The position numbers and the translations under genes are program-made. Below the pieces are notes generated by a model. That model was not told the DNA's origin. It worked only from the letters and a program-made list of their open reading frames with translations, and made no database searches. From NCBI GenBank assembly GCA_965215185.1, contig OZ244034.1:1280001-1344000 (forward strand): 64,000 bases of DNA. The letters run 5' to 3'. This DNA is from Acidimicrobiia bacterium (GTDB lineage Bacteria; Actinomycetota; Acidimicrobiia; Spongiisociales; ZC4RG35). This document shows, piece by piece, positions 10,257 to 22,879 of this stretch (the first letter of the stretch is position 1; each line of letters opens with the position of its first letter).

Positions 10257-10425
10257 TCGCTTCTATCTTCCCAGCCGCATGACATCAAAGACAGGCCCAG
10301 AACGCTCCAAAGTAAGCACTCCTCGCTGGTGCTCAAGACCGCGTGGGAGGTTGGTTCACCCCGCATTCAACGTAGGGCGTTGTAACAAAAGCTCTCGTCC
10401 TGTGAATGGCCTGTTAGGGTCATTC

Positions 10426-10911
10426 TCAGACTGTCACCACTACCGAAGAGGCCCGTTTGTCGTGCCAACCTTGCTGCCGCTCATCTCCCAGAACAGTGGC
10501 ATAAACAAAGATGGCTAACACCGGTGCGTACAAGATAACAAGCACACCAACGACTATCGAGAGGTCCAAGGCACCTACTCCCAACAATAACAACTGCAAG
10601 CCCAGTCCCGCTAAACTTGGCGCATTCGGTACTAGGAACCTTTGAATCGACTGATTCCATGACAGCAAACCGCCGTTGTCCAGTCGGATCACCTTAAGCC
10701 CGACAATTCGCTTGCCCAACGTCTGCCCGTAAGCCTGCAAAAGCCACAATTCGTATGCAATCAACACCACCAGAGCGAACAAAGGGGGTAGACGGAATAC
10801 GTACAACAGGATCAGTGCCAAAACACTGTCCAACGATCTAGCACCCAAACGCTTGATCGGACGAGCCAAAGTGTGTTCTTCGCCGTTGCCAAGGACAACC
10901 GACTTATCCAT
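10426..10911 (-). CDS. RDD family membrane protein
   Basis: LARPIKRLGARSLD, GQTLGKRIVGLKV, RQQGWHDKRASSVVV. Confidence 0.9.
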   Translation of the reverse strand: MDKSVVLGNGEEHTLARPIKRLGARSLDSVLALILLYVFRLPPLFALVVLIAYELWLLQAYGQTLGKRIVGLKVIRLDNGGLLSWNQSIQRFLVPNAPSLAGLGLQLLLLGVGALDLSIVVGVLVILYAPVLAIFVYATVLGDERQQGWHDKRASSVVVTV

Positions 10912-11114
10912 ACATCAACCTTTCATTGATAGCAATCGCTACCCGCTGCCTCCTAACATAGCGGTAAGGATGCTCCAAGCCGGGGCCACCCTGACCTCCA
11001 TGCATGGAGGTCAACGTCATTATAAGGCGCTGGCCTAAGAAGCACCTTCCTCAAGCGCCCCAAAAGATCGTCACTGCCCAGCGTCGTCGGTAGGCAAATA
11101 CCTTCCCATGCCCA

Positions 11115-11219
11115 CCGGCGTGGTCACCCGACGGCAGCAAGATACCTTTCAACAGCTGGGGGAATCACCTATCAGTCGTGAACGCTGACGGCACCAACCA
11201 GCAACAACTCAGGAAATGA
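11115..11219 (+). pseudogene. Orphan 3' end of another PD40-repeat gene
   Basis: PAWSPDGSKIPFNSWGNHLSVVNADGTNQQQLRK* mirrors the last ~35 aa of ORF 4047..7337. Confidence 0.7.
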
Positions 11220-11284
11220 CACAAGTCGTCGCCTTCAGCTAAACGTGGCTTTTGTGGTCACCAACGTTTTCGGATTACGACAAC

Positions 11285-14200
11285 TCATCTGAGTAGTATC
11301 TCGTTCGATTCTTTTCCGTTGATTTTTACGTAGACGGTCATTGGTTGGTCTCCCCAGTAGTAACAGCCAGAGTTGCTGCTCCCGGCCCACGAACCCGACC
11401 AGGCCGCGCTGCTTTGTCCTGCGGTCCAGCACTCGAGTTGATATGGCGACCCGCCGAAATCGGAAAGATTCGAAACACCAACGTTCCGGCAGATGGCTGC
11501 TCTCAGACATTCAGCATGACTCTGACTGGTAGCGGAGTTCCAATTCCAACGGTTCCGGACAGCGCTACCAGCATCGTATGCCACGGGGCTCGGGCTGACC
11601 CCTTCCCGAACAGTGACACCATTGCTCACACCCCACTCGCTCCAACCCGCCGCGTTGTGAGCCCTCACCCAAACGCTATAGGTACCCGGTTGCAGGTTGG
11701 ACCACCTAAAGCTGGTGGTACCTGCACCAACCTCCCCCGTACTGCCACCTATCTCCCACTTATCGATCGGCGAACCATTATCAGACGCCGACCAAGACGC
11801 CGAAACAGTGCTGCCTGTGACCACAGCGTCAACACTCGGAACATCCGGCCGTTGTAGTGTCGGCCGCTCCAATAGGAGTCTATTGGATGCTTTTCCGTTG
11901 ATTTTTACGTAGACGGTCATTGGTTGGTCTCCCCAGTAGTAACAGCCAGAGTTGCTCTCCCGGCCCACGAACCCGACCAGGCCGCGCTGCTTTGTCCTGC
12001 GGTCCAGCACTCGAGTTGATATGGCGACCCGCCGAAATCGGAAAGATTCGAAACACCAACGTTCCGGCAGATGGCTGCTCTCAGACATTGGTGACTCCTG
12101 GTAGCGGAGTTCCAATTCCAACGGTTCCGGACAGCGCTACCAGCATCGTATGCCACGGGGCTCGGGCTGACCCCTTCCCGAACAGTGACACCATTGCTCA
12201 CACCCCACTCGCTCCAACCCGCCGCGTTGTGAGCCCTCACCCAAACGCTATAGGTACCCGGTTGCAGGTTGGACCACCTAAAGCTGGTGGTACCTGCACC
12301 AACCTCCCCCGTACTGCCACCTATCTCCCACTTATCGATCGGCGAACCATTATCAGACGCCGACCAAGACGCCGAAACAGTGCTGCCTGTGACCACAGCG
12401 TCAACACTCGGAACATCCGGCCGTTGTAGTGTCGGCCGCTCCAATAGGAGTCTATTGGATGCTTTTCCGTTGATTTTTACGTAGACGGTCATTGGTTGGT
12501 CTCCCCAGTAGTAACAGCCAGAGTTGCTGCTCCCGGCCCACGAACCCGACCAGGCCGCGCTGCTTTGTCCTGCGGTCCAGCACTCGAGTTGATATGGCGA
12601 CCCGCCGAAATCGGAAAGATTCGAAACACCAACGTTCCGGCAGATGGCTGCTCTCAGACATTCAGCATGACTCTGACTGGTAGCGGAGTTCCAATTCCAA
12701 CGGTTCCGGACAGCGCTACCAGCATCGTATGCCACGGGGCTCGGGCTGACCCCTTCCCGAACAGTGACACCATTGCTCACACCCCACTCGCTCCAACCCG
12801 CCGCGTTGTGAGCCCTCACCCAAACGCTATAGGTACCCGGTTGCAGGTTGGACCACCTAAAGCTGGTGGTACCTGCACCAACCTCCCCCGTACTGCCACC
12901 TATCTCCCACTTATCGATCGGCGAACCATTATCAGACGCCGACCAAGACGCCGAAACAGTGCTGCCTGTGACCACAGCGTCAACACTCGGAACATCCGGC
13001 CGTTGTAGTGTCGGCCGCTCCAATAGGAGTCTATTGGATGCTTTTCCGTTGATTTTTACGTAGACGGTCATTGGTTGGTCTCCCCAGTAGTAACAGCCAG
13101 AGTTGCTGCTCCCGGCCCACGAACCCGACCAGGCCGCGCTGCTTTGTCCTGCGGTCCAGCACTCGAGTTGATATGGCGACCCGCCGAAATCGGAAAGATT
13201 CGAAACACCAACGTTCCGGCAGATGGCTGCTCTCAGACATTCAGCATGACTCTGACTGGTAGCGGAGTTCCAATTCCAACGGTTCCGGACAGCGCTACCA
13301 GCATCGTATGCCACGGGGCTCGGGCTGACCCCTTCCCGAACAGTGACACCATTGCTCACACCCCACTCGCTCCAACCCGCCGCGTTGTGAGCCCTCACCC
13401 AAACGCTATAGGTACCCGGTTGCAGGTTGGACCACCTAAAGCTGGTGGTACCTGCACCAACCTCCCCCGTACTGCCACCTATCTCCCACTTATCGATCGG
13501 CGAACCATTATCAGACGCCGACCAAGACGCCGAAACAGTGCTGCCTGTGACCACAGCGTCAACACTCGGAACATCCGGAACCAACTGCCTCTGCCGCGCT
13601 CCGGGTATGGCGGTCGAAGGGCGTGACCAGTCGCCTGTGCCTTGGGAGTTGGCTGCTTGGACTTCTACGCTGTATTCCACACCGTTGGTGAGCCCGGCGA
13701 TAATGCCCCCGTTGCCGGTGAAGGGTCCGTGGGTCGTCCTGCGCTCCCTCCCGATTTGTGCTACGCCGCGGTTTGTCCCGCTTCGTGTTATGCCGACGTA
13801 ATAGCCGGTAATGGGAGACCACCCGTTGTCGCTGGGTGGATTCCAGCGGACTGTGATCCGACCGTCGTCCGGATCAAGGGCGGGTGCCTGAGGCGCGGCT
13901 GGTGCTCCACATGGCCCGTTGCTCCATCCGAGCCACTTCTTCCGTTCACATGCTATGTAGCTATCTGTTAGTTTTGTATAACTGCCATACCCATAGGTCC
14001 CGTGGTATGACATGATCGATCCAGCCAGTTCCTCTAGTCGGTCGTTGCCGCCACAATCAGGAACAGAAACCCCCGTTTTACACTGTGTTGTGATTGCGCT
14101 GTCCCCTCCTTGCTTGTCACAATCTCCAGAGTCATCAAAGGCATGACACAGGGAGAATCCAGAATGGCCGACCTCGTGAGCAACCAGCCAAAACCTTGTT

Positions 14201-15510
14201 GAGGACTGGCTTCTGGTTGAAGTTTGTATTAAGACGTAGGGCTCGATATTCCTAAACAAATAGCCCCCGGGTGGTCCGAATCCTTCGACGTTGCCAGTCT
14301 TGACGTCGGCCACTATCACGGATATACGCCTAATATCGGTGGAAGAAGAACCGCGGTTATTGGGATCGCCGAAAACCGCATCGTAGCATGGATTGTTCCC
14401 TATGCTGCCGTACCATTTTGTTACGCTCTCGTTAGCCCAGGTTGCCGGGTCCATAGCTTCGGTTGGGAAGTAGAGATCTCCCTTCTCAAACGTGACCGTT
14501 GACTTATTACCCGACTCTCTACGAAAAAACGTCGCTACCTGTTCCATCTGGGCGATCTCATTTTGCAAGTCAGCCTCAGTGAAATTATTCGGCGGCCCAC
14601 AGTAGTGAACCGATACAACTAGGTTCGATATACCAGGCAAAGGCTCGGCGTAAAAACTGACATCTGGTCCGAAGTCATCTATTGGGGTCATGCTATCCAG
14701 TGTGGGAGGACGGCCACGCTGGAGGAAGGCGGCCATCTGGGCTCGTGTAAGGCTCATGTTGGGGCAGAATCGCAAGGGGACGTTGGAGCAGCCACGTGTT
14801 ATTCCACTCTGATAGAGCTTGTCTATGGAGGTCTTGCTGAACACGCCCAAGGTGTCGATGAATCCTGCGTCAGGCGCGTCGGGGAGGTCGAAGGCCCGGT
14901 CGAGGAACGCAGCCATCTGCGCGCGGGTGACCGTGTCGTTCGGACAAAACCTCAACGGGTCCAAACCACATCCAACGGTAACGCGGAGTTCTGCCAAGCG
15001 TTCCACGTAGCTCTCCCACCATGGCCTTCCAGGGATGTCCTCGAACCGTGAGTTCCGAACCGCAGGGTCGCTGCCGTCAAGAACGCGGACTATCCACACT
15101 GCTAACACCCACCGCTTTATGGGAAGATCTGGACAGAACTGTCCGGGTTGACAGTCGGTACCAGCAAGGATGCCGTCTGCTGCCAAGGCCGCTATGTCAA
15201 GAGCGGCGAAGTGGTGGTCGGGGACGTCCACATAATCGTACACTGTGTCGCCTACTTCATCTGTTGCCATGAGATCAAGATCCCCAATGGGAGTACCGGC
15301 CCGGGAAGTTGGGCCAGGTGTTGTGGCGAGAGACGCCTCTTCAGAAGCCTGTTCGATCAGCCCGCCAGGGGGTGGCGGGGCGTTGGCCCCGGCAGAGGCG
15401 GACGCTTCAACTCCGGTTCCGAGAAACACCGCAAAAACGACAGCCACCAGGAACCCGGAGTACGCAAACGAACCGGACTTATGTCCATCGGAGCGGAAAC
15501 GTTGACTCAC
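11285..15510 (-). CDS. Secreted SLH-like/zinc-metallopeptidase/FN3 protein ending in four FN3+Cys/Trp-rich tandem modules (frame break near 11955)
   Basis: Signal peptide; TRAQMAAFL SLH-like repeats; HEVGHSGFSLCH zinc motif and downstream IMSY Met-turn-like motif; FN3 motifs (W..P.DNG.PI..Y, Y.V.V.A.N..G); ORFs 11917..15510 and 11285..12121 are one gene split by small deletions. Confidence 0.82.
11312..13578. repeat. 579-bp near-perfect tandem repeat, ~4 copies (one copy 572 bp)
   Basis: Identical antisense ORFs recur at 11341/11920/12492/13071. One copy lacks a net 1+6 bp at ~11956 and ~12090. Confidence 0.95.
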
Positions 15511-15600
15511 ATGTATGCCTTACTTATCCCAAAACATTGCTATGCGTAAACTCGCATTCCACCCGATCCATTTATGATGCCACCTGAATTTTGGTTCATT

Positions 15601-15802
15601 GATGCTCCTATCCTTTGCAAATTGAACCGCCCCGATTTAGCGGAGAGTGTTTTGTTTGAGTCTGTTGCCTGTTCCTGGTGGTGATTGTCTGTAGTGGTTG
15701 GCCTTATTTTCGGCGGGTAGGATGTTCCCGATAGGTTCGAGACATCTTTGGTGGTTGAACCCGTCCACGTCTTCGACGGTGGCGCACTCGACGTGGTCGA
15801 GG
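15601..15802 (-). mobile_element. IS110 right-end stub (15601-15622) abutting an IS3 3'-end remnant (15623-~15802)
   Basis: GATGCTCCTAT matches the other IS110 right ends; TGAACCGCCCCGATTTAGCGGAGA is an IS51-type IR; the minus strand gives DHVECATVEDVDGFNHQRCLEPIGNILPAE, a decayed IS3 integrase C-terminus. Confidence 0.7.
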
Positions 15803-15843
15803 AAAAGAGTAGGATCAGTGCCGCCAATGTCGGATGTGCTTTT

Positions 15844-16233
15844 CTAATCTCCCGCCAATGCCGGGAATCCACATGTGTCCAAGGCCTCCCGAGCGGCAAC
15901 AGACGGTTGGTCACTGCTGCCGGACAAGATACGTCCGTTGTAGTGCGTCGCAAGACAGGAGCGCTGGCCGGCTGTTATGCTGCCCCCATCAACAAGGTCG
16001 ACTAAATAAGCGAAAGATGACACCTCGCCCGGAGACTTTCCTATCGGGACACGAATCGTCTCCTGGTTTCCCCACGCATCCGTAATCCTGTATTCGTCGT
16101 ATCCCCCAGAACCGCAGGCGGATAAGGCCATCAGTGTCGCCAGCCCTATTATCCGCAGATTCCACCGATGCACTACAGATCGTCGCGAAACAGGAACGAG
16201 GGTTCCGGTTCTCATCGGTTCTTGAGTACGCAT
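15844..16233 (-). CDS. Small putative lipoprotein of unknown function
   Basis: Hydrophobic stretch and lipobox LSAC; true start may be downstream of 16233. Confidence 0.6.
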   Translation of the reverse strand: MRTQEPMRTGTLVPVSRRSVVHRWNLRIIGLATLMALSACGSGGYDEYRITDAWGNQETIRVPIGKSPGEVSSFAYLVDLVDGGSITAGQRSCLATHYNGRILSGSSDQPSVAAREALDTCGFPALAGD

Positions 16234-16407
16234 TTTTGCTCACTTATCCTCACCACGTGCCGAGGTAGGCAGCCTGCTCCAAATCCCATTGGATCTAGTG
16301 TGTTGAGCCGCTGCCTCTTCTGGTTTGACATGCTTATTAATACCATTTCTCAGTTGTCCTACATTTGACATTGTTGTATTATTCGGCGACCTTTAAGCCA
16401 ATAGTTT

Positions 16408-19400
16408 CTATGATCCCGACCGGAGTTCTGGAGGTGGATTGGTAGGTCCAAAATAGTTTCGACCCCAGCAGATCACTTCCCCTGCGGTATTCAGACCGCA
16501 TGAGTAACCGGATCCGCAGGCGATTGCTTCCAAGACCTCCCCGGGCGGTGGGGATGCCTGCCCATCGTAGTTGGTGCCCCAACACTCGACTCTTCCGTCC
16601 GGCCGGATGGCACAGGAATACCCGACCCCAGCCGCGACCGCTTTGAAAGGACCGTCTGGAGGGGATGCCTGATCCTCATCATCGCTACCCCAGCAGATCG
16701 CCGTGTTGTCGGTTCGTAGTGCGCACGAATGGGTATGGCCGCTCGAGACAGTGGTGAACCTGCCCCCAGGAGGTGCTGATTGTCCGAATGAGTCGTCACC
16801 CCAGCAGTCGATACTGCCGCCGGAAAGCACCCCGCAGGTGTACCCGGTCCCTGCTGCAATGTCCACAAAGCTGCCAGCGGGCGGCGATGATTCGCCTTGG
16901 TAGTTGCCACCCCAACAGACAGCCGATCCGTCCGGACGTAAAGCACAGGAGTGGCCGAAGCCGGCTGTTGCGGCGGTGAATGTGTCCGACGGTGGGGATG
17001 CCTCGCCGTCGTAGTTATGACCCCAGCATCGAACGCCTCCCCCGGTATCGACGCCGCAGGTATGGAAGGCACCTGCTTCAACACTTGTGAACAGCACATC
17101 CGGCGGTGATGCTTGTCCAAAGTCATTGTTTCCCCAACAGACCACCCTCCCGTCTGTTTCCAACCCGCACGAGTGATGATCACCGATCGTGATCTGCTTC
17201 AGATGCAAGGTCTGCTGGGTTGCAGAACTGCCGCGCCAAACAGAGGGTGACCACACAGGCGAGAAGGCACCGTCAGTAATGCGGATGACCTCGCTGCCGT
17301 CGATCCTCATCGACAGGATGCCGTGGCTTTCGGCCTCCGCATAGATATCGGTGATCGGCTCGTCATAGAGATGTTGGCTCTCGAAGATCATGCGCTGGCC
17401 GTCGGGGGACCAATCGGCGTTGAAGCCACCAAAGGAAGTCAACTGGCGGACGTCAGAGCCGTCCCGGTTGATCACCAGGATCTCGCTGTCGTAGGAGTAG
17501 GTGTCGCCTCCACTGTTGAAGAGGAGCTGTCTGCCGTCGGAAGACCAACTCGGGCTGGAGCCTCCGGAGTAGGTCAGTCTATGGACGTCAGTTCCATCGG
17601 CGTCCATGATGAAGACCTGGCTGCTCCCGTCGACAACCCTGTGAAAGGAAATCAGCCTGCCGTCCGGGGACCAACTCGGGCTGGAGCCTCCGGAGTAGGT
17701 CAGTCTATGGACGTCAGTTCCATCGGCGTCCATGATGAAGACGTTCTCGGAATCATCGAAGTTGTACCGCCATTTGCTAGTGAAGTAGGTTCCGACTCGT
17801 GCAAACACGATCCGGGTGCCATCCGGAGACCAACTGGGACTATTGCCGCCCGATGTCGTCAGTTGCTGAACATTCTGACCGTTGGCAGCCATGACGAACA
17901 CTTCGTCTTCACCCGTGCGAGTGCTGCTGAAGAGGATTCTGGTTCCATCAGGTGACCAGCTCGGGTCGGAGTCGTACCAAGCCAGATTGAAGTCGCCTAA
18001 GAATTCGTCGCCCTGATTGGTGTTGGCGGGAGTAAGTCGCTGAGGTTCCGATCCGTCAGGATTTGCCACATAAATGGCGCCGTAACTGACGAAGGCGATG
18101 CGCTCCGGTATCGGGACAGCCAGTTGCGGCTCACCTCCTCGGCCCGGCCGTCCTACCGGATCCGATGCGCCGAGCGAGGACCAAGACGGATGGCTCTCAT
18201 CTTGACCATCCGTGCGGGTCAGATTGGATGGGTTAGCGCCATCTGCGTTCATAACCCAGATGTCGCCGTCACCGTCGCGATCGCTGGTGAATGCGATCTT
18301 CGTGCCATCTAGCGACCAGGTCGGATCGGTGTCCGATGATGGATCGTCGGTGAGGTTTAGCCAGTTGTTCCCTTCGATGTCCATTGCCCAGATGTCGTTG
18401 TCAAAGAAACCGAATTCCTCTTGGTCGTGAACGAAGACGATCCGGGTGCCGTCGGGCGACCATGCGGGCTGGCTCTCATAATCGTTGTTGTCGTGGAGGT
18501 TGCGAGCCTTGGATCCGTCCGCGTCCATTACCCAGATATCGAAATCGCCTCCGTCGCGTTCGCTGGCAAACGCGATTTTGCTGCCATCGGGTGACCAAGC
18601 CGGCTCGGTGTCCGATGACGGATGATTGGTTATATTATGCCGGTTGGTCCCGTCAGCCTTCATTACCCAGATATCGAGGTTTCCGCTCTGTTGGCTGACG
18701 AAGGCTATTCTGGTGCCGTCGGGCGACCATGCGGGCTGGAACTCGACCGAGTCGTTGCCGGTGAGGTTCCGCCAGTTGGTGCCATCGGCATCCATAACCC
18801 AGATGTCGTTGTCATCCTCGTCATACTCCCAAGCCTCCCTGTGCACAAAGGCCAGCCGAGCGCCGTCCGGTGACCATGCCGGTTGCGCGGCATTGTGGGC
18901 CAAGCGACATCGGTCCCCTTCCGGCGAGAGTTCGATAGCCCATACGTCGTAACGGTCTATGAGCTTGGCCCCGGTGTCATCTTTCTCGTCCCCATCACTG
19001 TGAATATCAACAGCAACCTGGTAGAGGACCGGCCCTTGGGCGGTGGAGAGTTCTTGACAGGAGCGGAACAGTTCTCCGAGCCGTTGGATCGCCCTGAGCG
19101 GCTGGATGATCCCGAATCCGTACTCCTTCGTCCAGCTCCCGGGCGCATCGGGATTGTAAGCCGTTTCGTATAGGGCCCGACGGATTTCCCCCACCGAAGC
19201 CTTCGGATAACGGGCTTTTATGTGCGCAACAACCGCACTCACCATGGGCGCCGCCTGGGACGTTCCCCTAACCGCTGCAGTGCATTCCTTGATTAACCCT
19301 GAACATTTGTTCCATGTTGAAAGAATGTCCGGTCCCCCCGGTGCTGCGATACCTACATGGTCACTGGCTGTACTGAAAGGCGCCTTGTTTTCAGCTTTGT

Positions 19401-20492
19401 TTGTTGCTGCTACCGCGACTACTCCCGGATAGATTCCAGGCGGAAAACCCAGATTCGCCACAGTGCCACAGTAGCTTGGCAATTCGTTGGGATTTCCACA
19501 GTTGCCTGCTGAAGCAACGACAACGATGTCTCGCATCATTGCTATGCGGATCATGGTTTCCAGCGGATCCTGGGAACCTCCTCCCCTTAGAGATGCCAGT
19601 GACAGGTTCACTACATCCGCTCCGTGCCTAATGGCTCTATCTACAGCCGATGTGAGCGTTAAGATGTCCCGACATTTATCTCCTAACACTCTTATCGGTA
19701 GGATGCTGGCCTCGGGCGCGATTCCGGCTACATCTTGACCGTTGTCCACATCGGCGGCGATGATTCCCGCCACGTGGGTGCCATGGCCATCATCGTCAGA
19801 TCTGTGGCATTCATGGTCCCCCAACTGCCTGCCCACCACGCTGTGGGAGAGGTCACGGTGGTCAGCATTAACACCCGTGTCGATCACGGCCACAGTAACC
19901 CTCGCTCCTTCCGGCCAACCATCCCACAACTCCTTGGCCTGCATCTTCTGCAGGTGCCACTGCTGTCCCGACTCCGGGTCGTTGCTGAATGAAACGGTCT
20001 GGGCAGGCCACACTTCTAAGACCGGTGCACCCACGGCATGCACCTCAGGATCTGCTGCCAGGCTCTCTCGCACTTCAGCGATGCTCCGCCCATCAAGAGG
20101 CACGTACTCGACGATCAGGCACCCCCCGAGATTCGTACAACCTCCGCCACGTCTTGAAGCGACTCGACGGCGCCAGCTTCGGGACACGCCGCGTCCGGAT
20201 CAAGAGTGGCAACCGCCGCAGCCAGTCGTGGCAAATCGATATCCGACAACGTAGGAGTAGTGAAAGGATCGAACAGGGGGATCTCAAAAGCACGGTCTTC
20301 GGCGATGCCAGAGGGCTGGCCCGTATCGCTGGCTTGTGCGTCGGGGCCAACATCGCTGCTTCTGGTATCAGAGTCAACATCGACGCTTCCGGAGTCATCT
20401 CCCCCAAAGCCACCAAACGTAACCCAAACCCCTGCTGCCGCCAAGGCAACTATTGCAGCGGCCAACACCCATCTCCATTGCCGGGGACTCAT
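16408..20492 (-). CDS. Membrane-anchored S8 (subtilisin-like) serine protease with PD40 propellers and C-terminal RCC1-like repeats; -1 frameshift in a G run near 20125
   Basis: Catalytic triad motifs VAVIDTG, HGTHVAG, GTSQAAP; many WSPDG repeats; CWG.N..GQ..PP RCC1-like repeats. ORFs 20115..20492 and 16408..20187 join when one base is restored, as in the paralog at ~9886. Confidence 0.88.
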
Positions 20493-20668
20493 CGGACCGT
20501 TCGACTCCTAGGTCGCTGCGATATCAAAGGAGAGCCTGATGTGCTCGCACCAATCCTCTCTGTTGATTGACTTCTCAGGAACATGTTGCCGAACTAGCAC
20601 AGACCGCACTCAACCAAGAAGGTCGCAGAGGGTTCTCGCCCATTGCAGAAGGTTCGCATAACTATCTT

Positions 20669-21154
20669 CTAGACAGTCACCACTATCGAAGACACACGCC
20701 TGTCGTGCCAACCTTGACGGCGGTCATTACCGATAACAGTGGCGTAAATGAAGACGCCCAGTACCGGTGCGTACAGAACACCAAAGACACCGACAACTAA
20801 TGAAAGGCCCAAGGCACCTGCTAGCAACAATAACCATTGCAAAGCCAGCACGGCCAGACCTGGCGCATTAGGTACCAGGAACCTTTGAATCGACTGGTCC
20901 CAGGACAGCAGTGCACCACTATCGATCCGGATCACCTTTACGCCAACGATTCGCTTTCCAAGGGTCTGCCCATAGGCCTTTATCAGCCAAATTTCGTATG
21001 CAATGGGCACCAACAACGCGACGAAGGCAGGAAGCCTGAATACGTACAAGAGGATCATGCCTAAGACACCGTTCAGTGCCCTAGCACCCAAACGTGTTGC
21101 TGGACGAGCCAATACTCGTTCTTCACCGTCGCCGAGCGTAACCGAGTCTTTCAC
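20669..21154 (-). CDS. RDD family membrane protein (paralog of 10426..10911)
   Basis: Same length (161 aa) and motifs: LARPATRLGAR, GQTLGKRIVGVKV, RRQGWHDR. Confidence 0.9.
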   Translation of the reverse strand: MKDSVTLGDGEERVLARPATRLGARALNGVLGMILLYVFRLPAFVALLVPIAYEIWLIKAYGQTLGKRIVGVKVIRIDSGALLSWDQSIQRFLVPNAPGLAVLALQWLLLLAGALGLSLVVGVFGVLYAPVLGVFIYATVIGNDRRQGWHDRRVSSIVVTV

Positions 21155-21316
21155 TTCAAACCCCCTTCCACCAAGGCATGCCGGAGCGTCGCGAGCTCTG
21201 CAGACGGCTGGCCACCGTTACAGTTTATTCCACTGAATACAGAGACCTGAGTCATTATATCAAACAAACGGAGGCTTCACCGAAATGTTGGGGTTCGGGA
21301 TAGGGAGGGGGTCCTT

Positions 21317-22145
21317 GATGCTCCTATTTTTTACAAATCGAGGTTTTGGTCGGTGCTTGCGGTGGGTGGATGCTGGTTGGTGAGCCAGTGTTGATAGCGG
21401 GTAGCGAGGTTGTGGTTGTGGTAGAGGCCTCGTTCGAGTTGTGAGAGGAGGGTGGGGTGGGTGTGGAGCTGTTGGGCGGCGTGGATCAGGGTTATCCGGG
21501 CTTGTCGGCGTTGGATGCGGAGATCGGTGTTGTCGGGTGTGGGAGGTGGGTTGGTGAGCAGGTGGTAGATCTGGCGGGCGATGTGGCGTTTCAGACATCG
21601 GATGATTTCTCGACGGGTCTTGCCTTCTTTTTGGCGTCTTTGGACGTATGCGATCGTAGCCTGGTCGTATCGCATCCGGGTGACGGCAATGTGCCAGAGG
21701 GCGCTGTTGGATTCACGGTTCCCTCCCCGGTTGAGGCGGTGGCGTATGGTTCGTCCCGAAGACGCTTGGACGGGGCTTGCGCCGCACAACGCCGCGAAGG
21801 AAGATTCCGACTTCATGCGTTCGGGGTTGTCACCGGCTGTGACCAGCAGGGTGGCGGCGGTGTTCACGCCGACTCCTGGGGCGCCGAGCAGCGCCGGGTT
21901 GGCCCGGGCGCAGAGACGGTGGATCTCGGTGTTCAGTTGCTCAATCTCGGTGGTGAGTGCCTGGTATCGAAGAGCCAGAAGGCGGAGTGTCTTTTTGGCA
22001 TACGCTGTGGTGGTACGGGTTGTGCCAGGACGGAAAGCAGCACAGGCTTTGACCCGAGCTCGGGTGGACAGTTCCCGGAGTTGATGCTTGACCTGGTCGG
22101 GAGCTGTTACTACCAGACCGTGCAGTTGGTTGATGGCCTGGGTTC
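21317..22145 (-). mobile_element. IS110-family 3' half (transposase C-terminus with in-frame HTH), truncated by IS256
   Basis: GASPVQASSG, RGGNR, CLKRHIAR, then an XRE-like HTH; right end ATAGGAGCATC. Confidence 0.9.
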
Positions 22146-22522
22146 GAGCCTGTATACATGTCTGTGTGAGGTAGGTTCTCTAATTGCTGTGGCTGGTGTG
22201 AGAGCTGGTCGGAGAGGCGAGTGTCTTGATGCCTGTTGAACATGATGTGACGGAGGCGGCTGGGGCGGGCCGCTGGTGTGGTGTCTGATGAGGTAGTGGA
22301 GGCGGTGGTTTCGGACGCTGCTGCGGGTGGTGTGGACCTTTTGGGTCCTGATGGGGTGTTGGCCGAGTTGACGAAGCGGATTCTGGAACGTGCTTTGGCT
22401 GAGGAGATGACCGATCATCTGGGCTATGAGCCTGGTGATCCGATGGGTCATGGTACGGGTAACAACCGTAACGGGACCTCTCCCAAACAGGTGTTGACCG
22501 AGATCGGAGCGGTGGATTTGAC
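22146..22522 (+). mobile_element. IS256-family 5' remnant
   Basis: LLGPDGVLAELTKRILERALAEEMTDHLGYE...NNRNGTSPKQVLTEIGAVDL is a typical mutator-type transposase N-terminus; the left end reads GAGCCTGTA. Confidence 0.88.
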
Positions 22523-22539
22523 ACGCTATCAACGCCCTC

Positions 22540-22879
22540 ATATTCGTCACCCTCACCTGCGTCCGAAGCGGCGATACGAGTGCTCGAAGACACCGCCGAA
22601 CTCACAGGCACCCGCACCGGACTGGTGTTCCCCGCGCGCAGAGGCGGGATCATGTCCTCCGGCACCCTGCACAAACTCCTCGAAGACTGCGATATCCCCG
22701 CGGACGTTCATGGGGCCAGAGCATCGTTCCGGACCTAGGCAGAGGAGCAGGACGACATAACCGAAAAAGTAGCAGAAGCCGTCCTAGCCCACAAAAAAAG
22801 AGACGCCTACAACAGATCCGCCCATTTCGATAAGAGGATCGCCATAATTGACAGTTGGGCAGACTACCTAAACATCTGA
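22540..22879 (+). pseudogene. P4-type tyrosine integrase, C-terminal remnant
   Basis: Manual translation LVFPARRG...VHGARASFRT*AEEQ...AEAVLAHKKRDAYNRSAHFDKRIAIIDSWADYL; TAG at 22736-22738 replaces the conserved W; lies 120 bp from the tRNA-Ala 3' end. Confidence 0.8.

Noticed and set aside
11312-13578. Diversity-generating retroelement TR/VR pair
   Set aside because: The copies differ by small deletions rather than adenine-specific substitutions, and there is no reverse transcriptase in the window.
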